This document shows positions 22,601 through 33,899 of a stretch of 51,380 nt of DNA, piece by piece; position 1 is the first letter of the stretch, and each line of letters begins with the position of its first letter. Below the pieces are notes generated by a model. The model saw only the letters and a list, made by a program, of their open reading frames with translations, was not told the origin of the DNA and did no database searches. This DNA is from Asterionella formosa. Taxonomy: Eukaryota. The position numbers and the translations under genes were made by a program. The stretch lies in assembly GCA_002256025.1 (NCBI GenBank), contig NKIB01013792.1, positions 1 to 51,380 of the forward strand. Direction: 5' to 3'.

Positions 22601-24023
22601 AGGGCGCAGTCGTCGGATGTATCGAGATGATAAAGCTCCGTTTGTACTTGAGATTGACGATGAAACCGACGAAGACATCATGAGTGTTTTGCTGGATCGT
22701 CAACTTCCTCCCGGAGTGCGCTTGTGCACTTGTCAACACATGCCAGACTTTGGAGTTGGCACAGGAGGTCGAGAGATTGAGTCGGCAGGAAATCAAATGA
22801 TCATGTCAATGCTCCGTTACAAGTGGAATCCAGCATCCCGAGGTACCAGAAGTAACCAACTCTTCTCAAGTCTGTTTCAAGAATTGTTTGCCAAGTTTGT
22901 CATCCGTCTCGAGCAAGTTGCGCCTGTTGTTGTGTGTGGTGTACGTACACAGGTTAATCTAACTCCTGACGATATGATTGAACTGATTTGCATCGGAAAG
23001 GTAGTCCTTGAGCGCCGATTCGGCTCCACCATGACGATTACAGAGGATGGGGTTGACAGTGACTCCGATCAAACTATTATGGAAGAAATTGAGATCCGCC
23101 GGCGTGAAGATGCAGAGCAGCGCCAACTGCTCAATAGGATCGAAGGTAGTGTTTCAACATTCTTCAAGACGGACGACGCTGCTTGTCGGTTCAAGACGAC
23201 TGTCATTGTAGATGTCCTAAGCGATGAGATGAAACGACGTCACTTGGGGTTGACATCCAGTGATTTAGAGAACATTGATGAGGAAAGAAAAAGTCCATCT
23301 CTTGCTCCGAAGAACACCCTCAGCTCATCACCTCGTTCCCCAGGTGGCGGGAGTGTCTCCTCGCCAAGTAGCGCGGGCAGTCGAGGATTTCTAACCCCCC
23401 GTCTAATCGGATTCCCAAGAAACAAGGGCAACGACGACACACACGGAGCGCTGAACATGCTGCGTGCGGTGGGTAACCTTGCATTCATTCCTAACTTGGA
23501 TGGCGGCTTGCCTCCAGCAGTTAGTAATGTGCCACCACAATCTTTTTTCAAACTTCAACGGGGGACTACGTCAGGTGGAGCCAGTGACGGAAGTAGCCAT
23601 GCCACTACCAATCGAGTGGAATGGCTCAAAGTATCTGAAGTTCCTGTGGAAATAACTCCTCTTCACTACGTCACTGGAGGATGCGTGACAGAATATTTAG
23701 GAACTGTGTCGATGCATTTCATTCGAGAATCCAAGGGAGGGGAAGCCTCCGAGTTTCATCGATTTGTAACAGAGTGCAATGCCATTGCTCGAGCTCATGT
23801 CCAATCGCTGGGAGGCAATGCCATGTTGGCATATCGAGCAGTCCCGGCCGAGAGTGGTGGACGTGTGTACAAGTCGCAAGTGTACAATGTCATTTCCTTG
23901 TCTGGGTGTGCTGTCAACGTGGAGTACAAGAATAAGGTAACGGGAGCTGCTGTTTCGTTTAGGAACATTTCGCGTGGACAAAAGAAAGGCTTGGGCCAAC
24001 GCAAGAGGTCAACGTCATTCTAG
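19618..24023 (+). CDS. C2CD5: C2 domain-containing protein 5 (CDP138/KIAA0528) homolog; exons 19618-20891 and 20984-24023
   Basis: MPSTVKVRINGARNLPIMD...TDAYV, FRFEV.DD..LQDEPL, GWFPLYDTL.G.RGEL and GGNAVLGY.Q.FD.EG. A GTGAGT...CAG intron (20892-20983) gives ETRDSWWSELRDEIRSHAK. C-terminal ARAHV.SLGGNA. Confidence 0.93.
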
Positions 24024-24210
24024 TTCATTTACTTGCGTTCCTCTGCCGTTGCTATCTCTTCTTATTTGCTTGCTTGACGTGGGAGAACAGACTATTGCAT
24101 CATCAAATGAACGAACGTATCTTATATCAGTTCTGTATACTCTATGTGTCTACGAATTATTGTGCCCCGAGAACAATAAATATAATCACTCGGGACGCTA
24201 CCGTTAACTT

Positions 24211-25064
24211 TTAAGAAATGATGCGTTGCACTTGCTTGATCCACTTCACATACTCAGTTTGTTCCTTGTAATCAGCGTACATGGAAATAAAAGCTGAGAC
24301 ATCTTCGTTGACACCGCAATCGTCGGTAACGTAGTCATTTAAGGCATCCTGAACCTCGACTGCCAACTCGGTGAATTCAGGTCCCTAATATAGTTTTGGA
24401 CGGTCCAAAAATCGTGAGCACAAACAGAGGAAAATTCAAACAGCACACACACAAAAAACGAGTAATGAAGCCTTTTTACCTGATAAAGTTCCGTTTCCAC
24501 CTTGCCATTGGTTTGTGCATACTCTAGATTCGACGTGATCGCTACAGTCTCGATAGAAGCGTCGGCCTGCTCCGACAAGCATGCAAACACCATTGTCTTG
24601 CCAGCCTTGGAGGCGGTGACAGTGAATCGAACTGGCATGGCAGGCTCCAATCCTTCTTCCCCTTCTTGCTCCTCCTCTTCCTCGTACTCAGATTCCAAAG
24701 TATCTTGACAATGAAAGACAATAGACACCTTGGGTGAAGTGCTGTTCTTGGAAAATAGCTTGACCGTGCCGTTCGTGTCTTCGTCGACAATCGTCCAGTT
24801 CACGCTTATCTTCTCTTGAAGAACTTTCAGATCTTGTGGCATTTCAGTCGAATTATGCTCAACTTCTTCGTCCAACTCCTTTTGAAGCAATTCGTGAGCA
24901 TGCGAAGCAACAGAGAACTGACGCATAGCGGCACTGGATTTCAATCCATTTCTGTTGTTCATCATCATGATACCATAATGACGAGGACTTATTGCCATGA
25001 CCGTACGTCTCATGGAGACACTAGAGGCATGGCGAAGGAGGTTACGAGCGACAGAGACATTCAT
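24211..25064 (-). CDS. MAM33: Mitochondrial glycoprotein MAM33/C1QBP family; exons 25064-24480 and 24384-24211
   Basis: Arg-rich mitochondrial presequence and acidic loop. A GT...AG intron (24479-24385) gives LYQ|GPEFTELAVEVQDAL..Y...CGV.EDVSAFISMYADYKEQTEYVKWI, the MAM33 C-terminal signature. Confidence 0.9.
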
Positions 25065-25288
25065 TGTATGAAGGCAGATTGAACCTATTTCAATGGACAG
25101 GGGAGATTGAAATACCGGTATAAGTGTGGGTTTGAGTGGATGATGGTGAAAGATCCATCGAAGACTTGTTGATATACCGGAATGTGAACATTATTTGTAC
25201 CGGTAAACTTATGTACCTGGTACCGTCTACGACAGGACGCTGTAAAATCCTGTTTCCATATATATTCATACCGGAATATCTTATTTGA

Positions 25289-25476
25289 ATTCACATACCG
25301 GTACACATACATATAGAGAATCTTTTTTCTTCCTTTCACCTAATGCTGAGTGTATATAATCATTTGTTATGTAAAATGTTGTGTATACATGTATTCACAT
25401 ACACCAGGTACATACATACAGAGAATCTTTTTTCTAATGCTGAGTGATAATCATTTGTTATGTATAATGTTGTGTA
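25289..25476. repeat. Imperfect tandem duplication (~85-97 bp units)
   Basis: ATTCACATA...GAGAATCTTTTTT...TAATGCTGAGTG...ATAATCATTTGTTATGTA.AATGTTGTGTA at 25289-25385 and 25393-25476. Confidence 0.85.
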
Positions 25477-26077
25477 AGGAGGAGGTGTGAATAAAGAAAT
25501 CGCCTACCACCCGTTTAATTAAATGCTTTTGACATCGTCACATATGGATTTAGATGGAAAAATATATATACATGTAACATTATCATTATGTATCACCTCT
25601 CCTACATTCTGTTCAGCCAGACCAAAACATGTGAAGCAAGGCTGAATGATCATGATGGCTGCTGGCGATGAAGAACACTGGTCCTGATCAACAGCATCAT
25701 TTATACATATGGCATATTGTTTACTACTCCTGCCTCTACCGGTAGTCTAATATAATAAATTTTGGGAATTACGACTCAAAATCTGGAATTCGAATCTTTG
25801 TTGATCATTCGATGCGTCCATAGTAGGCAGTCGAGGATACGTTTGCTTCCACGTGGAAGCCACTCGCTTTAGTCCACATTCTTCTTGCTTTGCTTCTTCA
25901 CGGAGCTCTAGCCAGAGGTGCCTGGTACCGATAGTAATGATTACGCATACCTAGCTACCTGGTACAATAATACATAGTACCAGGTACCCTGGTACCGTCC
26001 AAGAAATTATAAAATAAATGATGTAAATTCAGATGTGGTACTTTTAGTGTGTGGACAGTAATGAATGAAATTAGACC

Positions 26078-27388
26078 ATGACAATAACAAAAGCCCATCC
26101 TTGCCGTTATCATGCTTTCCTTTCTGTCCTGTCTCTGATACTAACGTCGCACTCTGTCAATTCATTCACGGGGATTCATCGTTTACCGCAGCAAAAAATA
26201 GCGAGAATAATACACCATGACCTCAAACGAGCTGTGGTCCGATCATCACTCAGAATGTCGGTGGCAGGGCGCTTTGACAACTCGAATGAACAAAATCAAA
26301 TCAGACCCGAATGGGCTCTAAAATGGATGCCAACTTGGTTGGTAACGATGCAACCTCGCTATCAACTAGTCGTTGTATTGGCCTTCTACGTATTTCACAT
26401 CAAAGTCTTATGTCAAAAGTGCATCGCATTTCCCTTTCAACTGATTCCTAACAATCAAGGGTTCTTTCAAAGTATTGGACTGGATAGTGTCGCTGGAATG
26501 CTATCCCTGCTAGCATACTACTGCTTCAAAAAGCAAAGCACTGCTACTGATGTCTCGCTTCCGTCCCTTTTGAAACCACCAACACCTATCGAAGCACCTT
26601 GGCGCTTCAAGGACAAAGCTATAGTCACCACAAAACTTTCCAGTGTTCTGGCATTTTTTACATTGATACAAGGATATTTTTTCACTGGCAGATTTTCCTT
26701 GTTTTGGGAGGATATTTTTTATGCCGCAGCCGGGGTTGGATTTCCATTGACAATTCCCATGCATCGTTCCCTGGTTGTACTTATGGGACACTTAACGTGG
26801 GTTACCATGGGAGGGTTGATACTATCCTTAATAGCAAGACCTCAACCATTCTTTGGAGGCGGCTACAAAGAACAACCCAATGGCGAAAAGACTTTTCTTA
26901 AATTCCGTTGGTTCACCAACACATGGCAAACCTATTGGGTTTGGTGGGTCTTGGGGGGATACTTTGTGTCCAGTTGGTTCTTTAACATTGCTGATTGGGT
27001 CACACAAATGGTGTTACCACCTGAGCTCTTTGATACTGTCGCAGACAGTGTTGTATCGCAATTGACCAATCCAGAAAACAACGACTTTTTTGCCTCAGTG
27101 GTTGGAGCTATTGCACCTTGTCTCTCGGCACCATGGTGGGAAGAAGTTCTGTATCGAGGGTATCTGTTACCGGCCCTCCGGTGCTTTATGCCGTTTTGGC
27201 CATCCGTGTTTCTAAGTGGTAATATTTTCAGTCTCACGCACATGTCTACTACGGGCACAATCCCATTGGCAGTCTTGGGATGGACTTGGGCTGCCTTATA
27301 TGCCAAATGTGGAAATCTATTTGTTACTATTTTGATCCATTGCTTGTGGAATTCGCGAGTGTTTCTAGCAAGTTGGTTTGGATTGTAA
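26078..27388 (+). CDS. CPBP/Abi (type II CAAX) intramembrane protease, probably plastid-targeted
   Basis: Motifs WEEVLYRG, FSLTH and IHCLWN, with many TM helices. The signal peptide ends VNS-F followed by a basic transit peptide (diatom bipartite presequence pattern). Confidence 0.9.
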   Translation: MTITKAHPCRYHAFLSVLSLILTSHSVNSFTGIHRLPQQKIARIIHHDLKRAVVRSSLRMSVAGRFDNSNEQNQIRPEWALKWMPTWLVTMQPRYQLVVVLAFYVFHIKVLCQKCIAFPFQLIPNNQGFFQSIGLDSVAGMLSLLAYYCFKKQSTATDVSLPSLLKPPTPIEAPWRFKDKAIVTTKLSSVLAFFTLIQGYFFTGRFSLFWEDIFYAAAGVGFPLTIPMHRSLVVLMGHLTWVTMGGLILSLIARPQPFFGGGYKEQPNGEKTFLKFRWFTNTWQTYWVWWVLGGYFVSSWFFNIADWVTQMVLPPELFDTVADSVVSQLTNPENNDFFASVVGAIAPCLSAPWWEEVLYRGYLLPALRCFMPFWPSVFLSGNIFSLTHMSTTGTIPLAVLGWTWAALYAKCGNLFVTILIHCLWNSRVFLASWFGL

Positions 27389-27497
27389 CAAAATAAAATT
27401 GAGATGACACATCCAAATGGTTGAGACAAAAGCGCCAAAGTAGATTGACGAACTATTCGAAGTGCATTTTAAGAGTTTCATGCAATATCGCCGGCTA

Positions 27498-27914
27498 TCA
27501 CTCCTCTTTAGCCCCAATGTTTTCAAATCGCGCTAGTCTCGCCTGTCGCTCTTCTTCTTCTGTCAATTTTGTTCGAATTCCTCCCTCTCGAAAACCACCA
27601 TCCGAATGGGTGTAGTAGAAATGATGAGCCGCATATCCTAATCCACAAAGGACAAGGAAGAATATGATTCTTGATGAGCTGTCGGCACCAGTATTTTCTC
27701 TTCGTTCGGCTCGTATTTCGGCATCGGTCTTGGCATACTCGGGTCGTTTAATGTTGTGTTTATCCCAATACCTTTGTGATCTCGGTGCTGTCGCAGCCTC
27801 GTCGTTGGGGTCATGTGTGGCAGCTGTCCACTTTACCTTTGTTGCTGCATTCGTCAATGAAACGGTTGTCGCTGAGATGAGAATAATGAATAATGATAAT
27901 AAGGATGATTTCAT
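27498..27914 (-). CDS. Small single-pass membrane protein with signal peptide, unknown function
   Basis: Signal peptide MKSSLLSLFIILISATTVS, TM segment IIFFLVLCGLGYAA and charged tail EEERQARLARFE. Confidence 0.65.
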   Translation of the reverse strand: MKSSLLSLFIILISATTVSLTNAATKVKWTAATHDPNDEAATAPRSQRYWDKHNIKRPEYAKTDAEIRAERRENTGADSSSRIIFFLVLCGLGYAAHHFYYTHSDGGFREGGIRTKLTEEEERQARLARFENIGAKEE

Positions 27915-28296
27915 TACTGATGGTGAGGGAAGATGCTATTATGCATATAACGGCATATGACTTCAAACGAAGAGCTCAAGGATATGATTGCTGAGGATGT
28001 TACTTGCAGTATGATTGTATTTTTTGTGTGTTATAAATATTTTATCGAGGATGTCGTCAACATCGCTCGTGAGTCCGTACATATCATAATTAGTGCTCGT
28101 CTGGCCGCATCATCATGATGATCATCGCAGATTGCTCACAGCGGCACGTGCAGGGAAGAATTGAAAATTGACGAGTTTTCGGGGGTACCAGGTGCCGAGG
28201 ATATCTACCTGGCGGACAGGTACATAGCAACCGGTAATGATCTTCCGGTATATCTATCATACGAAAAACAAGAATCTTGTTTGCCTGAGATTGACA

Positions 28297-29310
28297 ATGA
28301 CAATGTTTTCTCGCCAAGTTCTTTCTGTTCTGTTCATCATTGGTTCTCTCGCAACTGTCTACGCTTCTTGTAGAAGCAATGATACACACGTCTGCTGGAG
28401 ATTTTTCTCTGAGCAACAAGACATCGAACAAGAACGAACGCTTAGTCGGAGTAATGGTGAAAGCTGTTGGATTCAAACTAGACAGGAAGCAGAACATGAT
28501 GCAATTAAATTTTTGAGATCGAATGTGATGGCGTTTGACCTACTAAATATGGAAACATTGGGGTTCGCCACTGAAACAGATGCTCCTGATGGTTTGGATT
28601 TTGGCCTCATTGGACCATCCATCACGCTGGCACTTGACGCAAAGACGAATTTTACTTGGACGGATGAGCTACCCCGTGGAATCTTTTATGAATATGTGAT
28701 GAATTACGCCCATACCAATGAAGGGAGAACTAATTGGAGGCCCTTGTTGAAGCAAACTGTGGATCCAATTATTTCGGCGGCTACATCTGTGGAACAGGTT
28801 GTTATCGCGTTGAATACCAACATCTGGACAATGTTGGCCCCGGCCAGGACAGATTCTATTGTGTTTGTCGGCGCCCAAACCCCACTCATCTTCGACCCAA
28901 TGTCCGTCATCGCCTTCGGCTATGCGTCCTGTACTGGTTTGGCCATTTTGTTTGCTAGTGCACTTCGCGCGGCTGGCATCCCAGCACGGGTCGTAGGGAC
29001 TCCAGCTTGGTTAGGCCAACGCAACAATGGAAATCACAACTGGGTCGAAGTCTACAATGCCGGAGTATGGAAGTTTATGGAACCAAGTCCCAAGCAGTCA
29101 ACGATTGATTCATTGGATCGAGACCCATGCCAAAGATGGTTTTGTCACAGGGATCGCTTCAATGACACAGTGACCACTCCTGTCTACGCAGCTCGATTAG
29201 ACCAATCCAGAAATAAGACGATCTATCCATTGGCATGGGAATGGAATAGTAAGGATGTGCCAGGAGATGATAGAACAAGTTACTACACTGACATTTGTTC
29301 CAAATGTTAA
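28297..29310 (+). CDS. Secreted transglutaminase-like domain protein
   Basis: Signal peptide and IF.EYV..YA..NE.R.NWR. Catalytic-triad motifs YASCTG (Cys), GIPAR.VGTPAW, GNHNWVEV (His) and WKFME (acidic). Confidence 0.85.
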   Translation: MTMFSRQVLSVLFIIGSLATVYASCRSNDTHVCWRFFSEQQDIEQERTLSRSNGESCWIQTRQEAEHDAIKFLRSNVMAFDLLNMETLGFATETDAPDGLDFGLIGPSITLALDAKTNFTWTDELPRGIFYEYVMNYAHTNEGRTNWRPLLKQTVDPIISAATSVEQVVIALNTNIWTMLAPARTDSIVFVGAQTPLIFDPMSVIAFGYASCTGLAILFASALRAAGIPARVVGTPAWLGQRNNGNHNWVEVYNAGVWKFMEPSPKQSTIDSLDRDPCQRWFCHRDRFNDTVTTPVYAARLDQSRNKTIYPLAWEWNSKDVPGDDRTSYYTDICSKC

Positions 29311-30261
29311 TCTTGGGTAGAATCTACCAGTTTGGTCTCATTTTCTAAATCTGTAAAACCTGATCTGGGCAAATGGCGTGAGTTGGCGAAAACATGCGCT
29401 GTCAATGTTCAAGAAATGTTCGTGCATATGAGTGCCTGTCCTCTCCATCTACCTTTACGAAATAAAGCAAACGGAGGCAGCCTCGTCATGGACGTATGTA
29501 AGAATTAATTTGCTGCACACTCTAAAAATAGCAATGTTGGAATAATATCGTTTCTGGGTCATTGTTCTTGGGTAACTAATATTCGTAGATACCGGCAAAT
29601 ACATTGGGTCAGGTTGTATGTACTTGAAAGAGAAGTACTAGATTAACCTGAAAGGAGTTTGACTTACTGAAAATAGTATACATATATGTATATTCAGCAG
29701 CTTAGTTACTAGGCAGTGGATGATCAAATCACAGTGTACTTAGAAGACTAGCGGTAGATGGATACAACTCTAATGGTATTTCCAAAGAAAACGAGCTTGT
29801 AAAGAATTAACTGAACAAACGCAGCAAAATTAAATCATGGAAGATTAAGTTATGTTTATGACTACCTGTAGACTCAAAGGATCATGGCTAGGCTGATTTT
29901 GGAGATAAAATGATTCATTTGACTTGTCGGTTTTTACTTAGCATTATATTAGATATCTTGTGGTCATATCATTGGAGTATGACAAGATTTGTAATTTTAG
30001 GTTATAATAATTGCGCCTACACAAGGGTCCTTTAAGTCTGTTCCACACCTACAAGGTGTGGAACAGAGGTCCGGAATTAAAGTTGTTCTGGTAAGATTAC
30101 TGCGCTATTTTGACGGCTATATGAGAAACGCTACTACGCTACTACTGATAACTCACACTGATCTTCCTCTACATTAAATTGACATTGCAGCAAACCCTTT
30201 CAGTGCAGGAGCATTTGCATGCCATTCCGAATGAAGAGGCTTTATTTCATTGATGAAACTC

Positions 30262-30690
30262 TTTAATTTAGTTGAATTACCTACAGTAAAATAGTTGAAC
30301 AACCTTCAGAAAAATAGTGGAATGGCCTTCAGATAATTAGTTGAACAACCTTGTGATAATTAGTTGAATGAACTCCAGAAAATTACGTAAACAAATTGTA
30401 CATATTAAGTGAACTTTATTCTAGAATTATGTGAACTAAATCACAGAATTAAGTGAAATATTTCAAATAATTACTTGATGTATTTCAAATAATTACGTGA
30501 AGGTGATGACGTAATATAGTGATGATCAGGAATGCAGGCATGATACATTGATCAAATATTTAACGTGATGTATTCAAATAATATATAGATATATTCAACT
30601 ACGTATTTTGATGTATTCAACTAATTCATGTGATGCATTCAAAATCAACTAGCCTTATTTATGTGATGGTCACTTCACGTAATTCAGGAA
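30262..30690. repeat. Degenerate 22-23 bp tandem array followed by inverted units
   Basis: About 11 units of AATTAGTTGAA/AATTANGTGAA-type sequence with period 23 then 22 (30262-30502). Inverted cores TTCAACTA and TTCACGTAATT follow at 30590-30685. Confidence 0.7.
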
Positions 30691-31291
30691 ATGAAAGAGA
30701 AACTTTCCCCAAAAAAAAAACATTTATTGGGAAAAGGAATATAGAAGGTCAAACTTCACTTTTCATTTTTTGAAATTTTTAGGTGGGGAAACCTATAGTG
30801 ACTTGCTACTTTCGATACTTTTGGGCAGAGTAAAACGGATAATGAATCCGGTGCACAGATTGAGGTTGGTATGAGTAAGTGTGCCAAGAATATTAGTTCG
30901 AGTCACAGGATTGTAGACTTAATTATAATCCAATGAGTCCAATCATGCATTGCCACGCCAATCAGATGGTGTTAGTAATCAGATCAAAGATTGATAACCT
31001 CCATAGAATTCGGATTTTAATTTGCTACTTGGAGATTTGAAAAGGGTCTTAGAATGACTCTGTGGGAAGCAAAGATGATGCATGGAAAGAGAAATTTAGT
31101 TTAGCTTGTAATTTTAGAATTAGCAATTAAAGAAACAAAGTAAGTGGTACCAGGCGGGGTCACTACAAGATGCAATATGACCAACAACCTACTACAGGAA
31201 CAAGTATGCAGCTTTTAACATACGTGATGCATTTGAACGACTACAGACATTTACGGGGAATAGTGTGGGAACAAGAGAATAATACCGCCAG

Positions 31292-32241
31292 GAAGGTCCG
31301 GTAATCAACGTACATGGCGTGAAGGTTGCTCGATATTGTTCATCGATTCACATACGAGAAAACGTAGGGGTACACCCCCAAAAATTGTCAAACCCGAAAA
31401 TTTTGCGCCACTCCGTTATTCTTTAAATAGTTATTGACATTGACATTAAGCCGTTAGTCAATTTGTTGTCAAAGTGAACTTTAAGTCAGCAGTCAGTAAT
31501 TTCAAGTCAGCAGTCAGCGAATTCATATCATCAGTCAGCAAAAGAAGTCAGCAGTTAGCGATTTTTTCAAATTTTCAGTGAATCAAGTCAGCAGTTAGCA
31601 AAACGAAGTCCGCAGTCAGTAGTTGGAAAGTTGAAGTCAGCATTTCTATGATAGTACCGGTTCATAGTGGTAGCAAAATGAAGAAGTAGAAAGCAATGAT
31701 TTTTTCAGGCATCAATTTCTATTTCAATACCAGGTACCTCTTTGTTACTCCCAATAGTATGAGCGTAGAAGGCATCGATTTTAGTATCCCAGCAACGAAA
31801 AGATGCTTTCATCCTTATTGAATATTGAAAGTAAACACGACTCATACACCGGTACCGGTAGATGGTCTCTTCCTAAGAATAAAGTAAATTGCTTGACGTC
31901 AGCAACTTGAAGTTAGCTGTCAGCGGCTTCATATCAGTAATCGGCAAATGAAGTCAGCAGTCAGCGAAATTTTCAAATTTTCAGCAAATCAAGTCAGCAG
32001 TTAGCAACAAGAAGTCCGCAGTCAGCAAGTTGAAGTTGGTAGTCAGCGATTCTGCTGTGAAAGGTGGCAGTGCTTTTCCAATTGAAACTTTATAACGGTT
32101 ACAGGTAATCTAAATAAATTGAAATATTTTGAGGTTTTTCTTCATTTCGGAATTGGTGAGCCGGTCAGACTTCCAAGGAAATAGGTTGAAACCGCTACGA
32201 AGAATTTTTAGTTTATTGTGTTCACTGATTACCGGACCTTC
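31292..32241. mobile_element. MITE, PIF/Harbinger-superfamily-like (CWG TSD), copy 1
   Basis: Perfect 16-bp TIRs GAAGGTCCGGTAATCA / TGATTACCGGACCTTC with CAG duplicated on both sides (31289-91 and 32242-44). Internal AAGTCAGCAGTCAGC repeats; homologous to 42619-43091. Confidence 0.85.
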
Positions 32242-33220
32242 CAGGATACCTGCAAGATTCGGTAATTTTGCTATATTGAGTGCCATGTACATTTGCTTTA
32301 GGCTGCTTTGCCTAAAACAGTGCCAATTTTCTTAAATTAAATGGTCCCTAAGCACTTTAACTCAAGTTACCGATTTTTCGAAATCAGTTTTTTCCGAATT
32401 ATCTAAAAATATCGAATTTTGTTCACTCGGGCGCCAAATAGCTGGCAAGTTGGGAAACATCTGTCGGTTCTGGGAATGAATTACATAAAGAAGCGAAATT
32501 ACCAAAATTTGCTGTAATGGTATATCCGGTAACTGGTATGCATATACACATGTAGCTGTGGTATCTTATGAAAGAGTTTTGTTGTCAGCATGAACTTTTC
32601 GTTGACATTTGTCACATCATGAAAGAAATTGAATAATGCGAATACCACATGGCTGATCGGTCTACAGTTCACCTTGTCATCACTCGGATGTGCACTTTTG
32701 TATTCATGAAGCGATTCTCGCTAATCACAGCGATTAACCAAATTCCATGCTGCCTAGTAGTCAATCTCTGATATACTGTCTACTAGCTATGCAGCAAAAT
32801 TGTTAGTGAAGTTTGTGTTAAAGCATGTTGTGTCAGTTTCATGTTTGTAGAAAATTCACCACTCTAACAGCTTAATGCATGAGTGGCATTTTTTTAATAA
32901 TATAATGATGTTAAATAGAAGTTAAATCCTTGTTAATGTTGGTTTGATTATGTAGCCTGCTGAGAGTAACTCCGATTTCTTCAGTTTTTCGTTGTCAATT
33001 CAAGTCCAATCAATTTCCAGCCATCATCGATAAATCACTCTGTTCTCATTGCTAGAAATTTTGAATGTATCTGTCTGTTAATTATCGATTTCAATGTTAT
33101 TAATTCAAGCACATTCTTAATTATTGATTGGAAATGAGCAGTGCAGATTCTTATCACCATGTTTTGCAAATTTTTCACCAGGAGTCCAAGAGTTTTTTAG
33201 TTGATACAAAAGGTTGATAA

Positions 33221-33345
33221 GATTAGATTAGATTAGATTAGATTAGATTAGATTAGATTAGATTAGATTAGATTAGATTAGATTAGATTAGATTAGATTA
33301 GATTAGATTAGATTAGATTAGATTAGATTAGATTAGATTAGATTA
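33221..33345. repeat. Pentanucleotide microsatellite (GATTA)25
   Basis: Perfect tandem GATTA over 125 bp. Confidence 0.99.
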
Positions 33346-33899
33346 GTAGTTAGCATTGAATTATTTAAGAGATCATTGAACTCCATGTTCTTTCCACAAG
33401 TGGTATTATAGATTGATTCAAACAAGGGCAGACCAGACAGGGCTTCATAATGAAAATGCACGAGGTAGCCTCTCATCATGAATGATTATTTTCACTGCCA
33501 ACTAGTAGTATGTATAAATTGACTAAAGACTATAATTTAACATATTGAAGTTCTGATTTTGAAACTTTCGTTCAATGAATTTCAATTTTGAATTTAATGA
33601 GAGAATTTAGTTTAAGCCGCCAGCTACTAAAGAATGCAATTGTTGAATGTTTCTGAAAAATTTAACAGAAATGGTAGTGCTGATACTATTTATAGATAGA
33701 TAACTAAATATTCATTTATTGTCTCATACACATTTTCAAAATTTTTGATGTCGAAATGAAGTTATAGAGAGTAATAATTTTCAAATTGTGATTAGTAGCC
33801 ATCAGAAACAAAACTGATGTTACCCTCCTGCAACTTATTATTAGTTTGGGTGTTGTCCTCCCGACGCAGAATTTATTCTTGTGTGTACGTTTTGATACT

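Noticed and set aside
30262..30502. CRISPR-like regular repeats
   Set aside because: Units are contiguous and degenerate with no unique spacers, no cas genes are present, and the context is eukaryotic.
33221..33345. Telomeric repeat
   Set aside because: The unit is TTAGA, not TTAGGG. It is internal and flanked by continuous sequence, so it is treated as a microsatellite.
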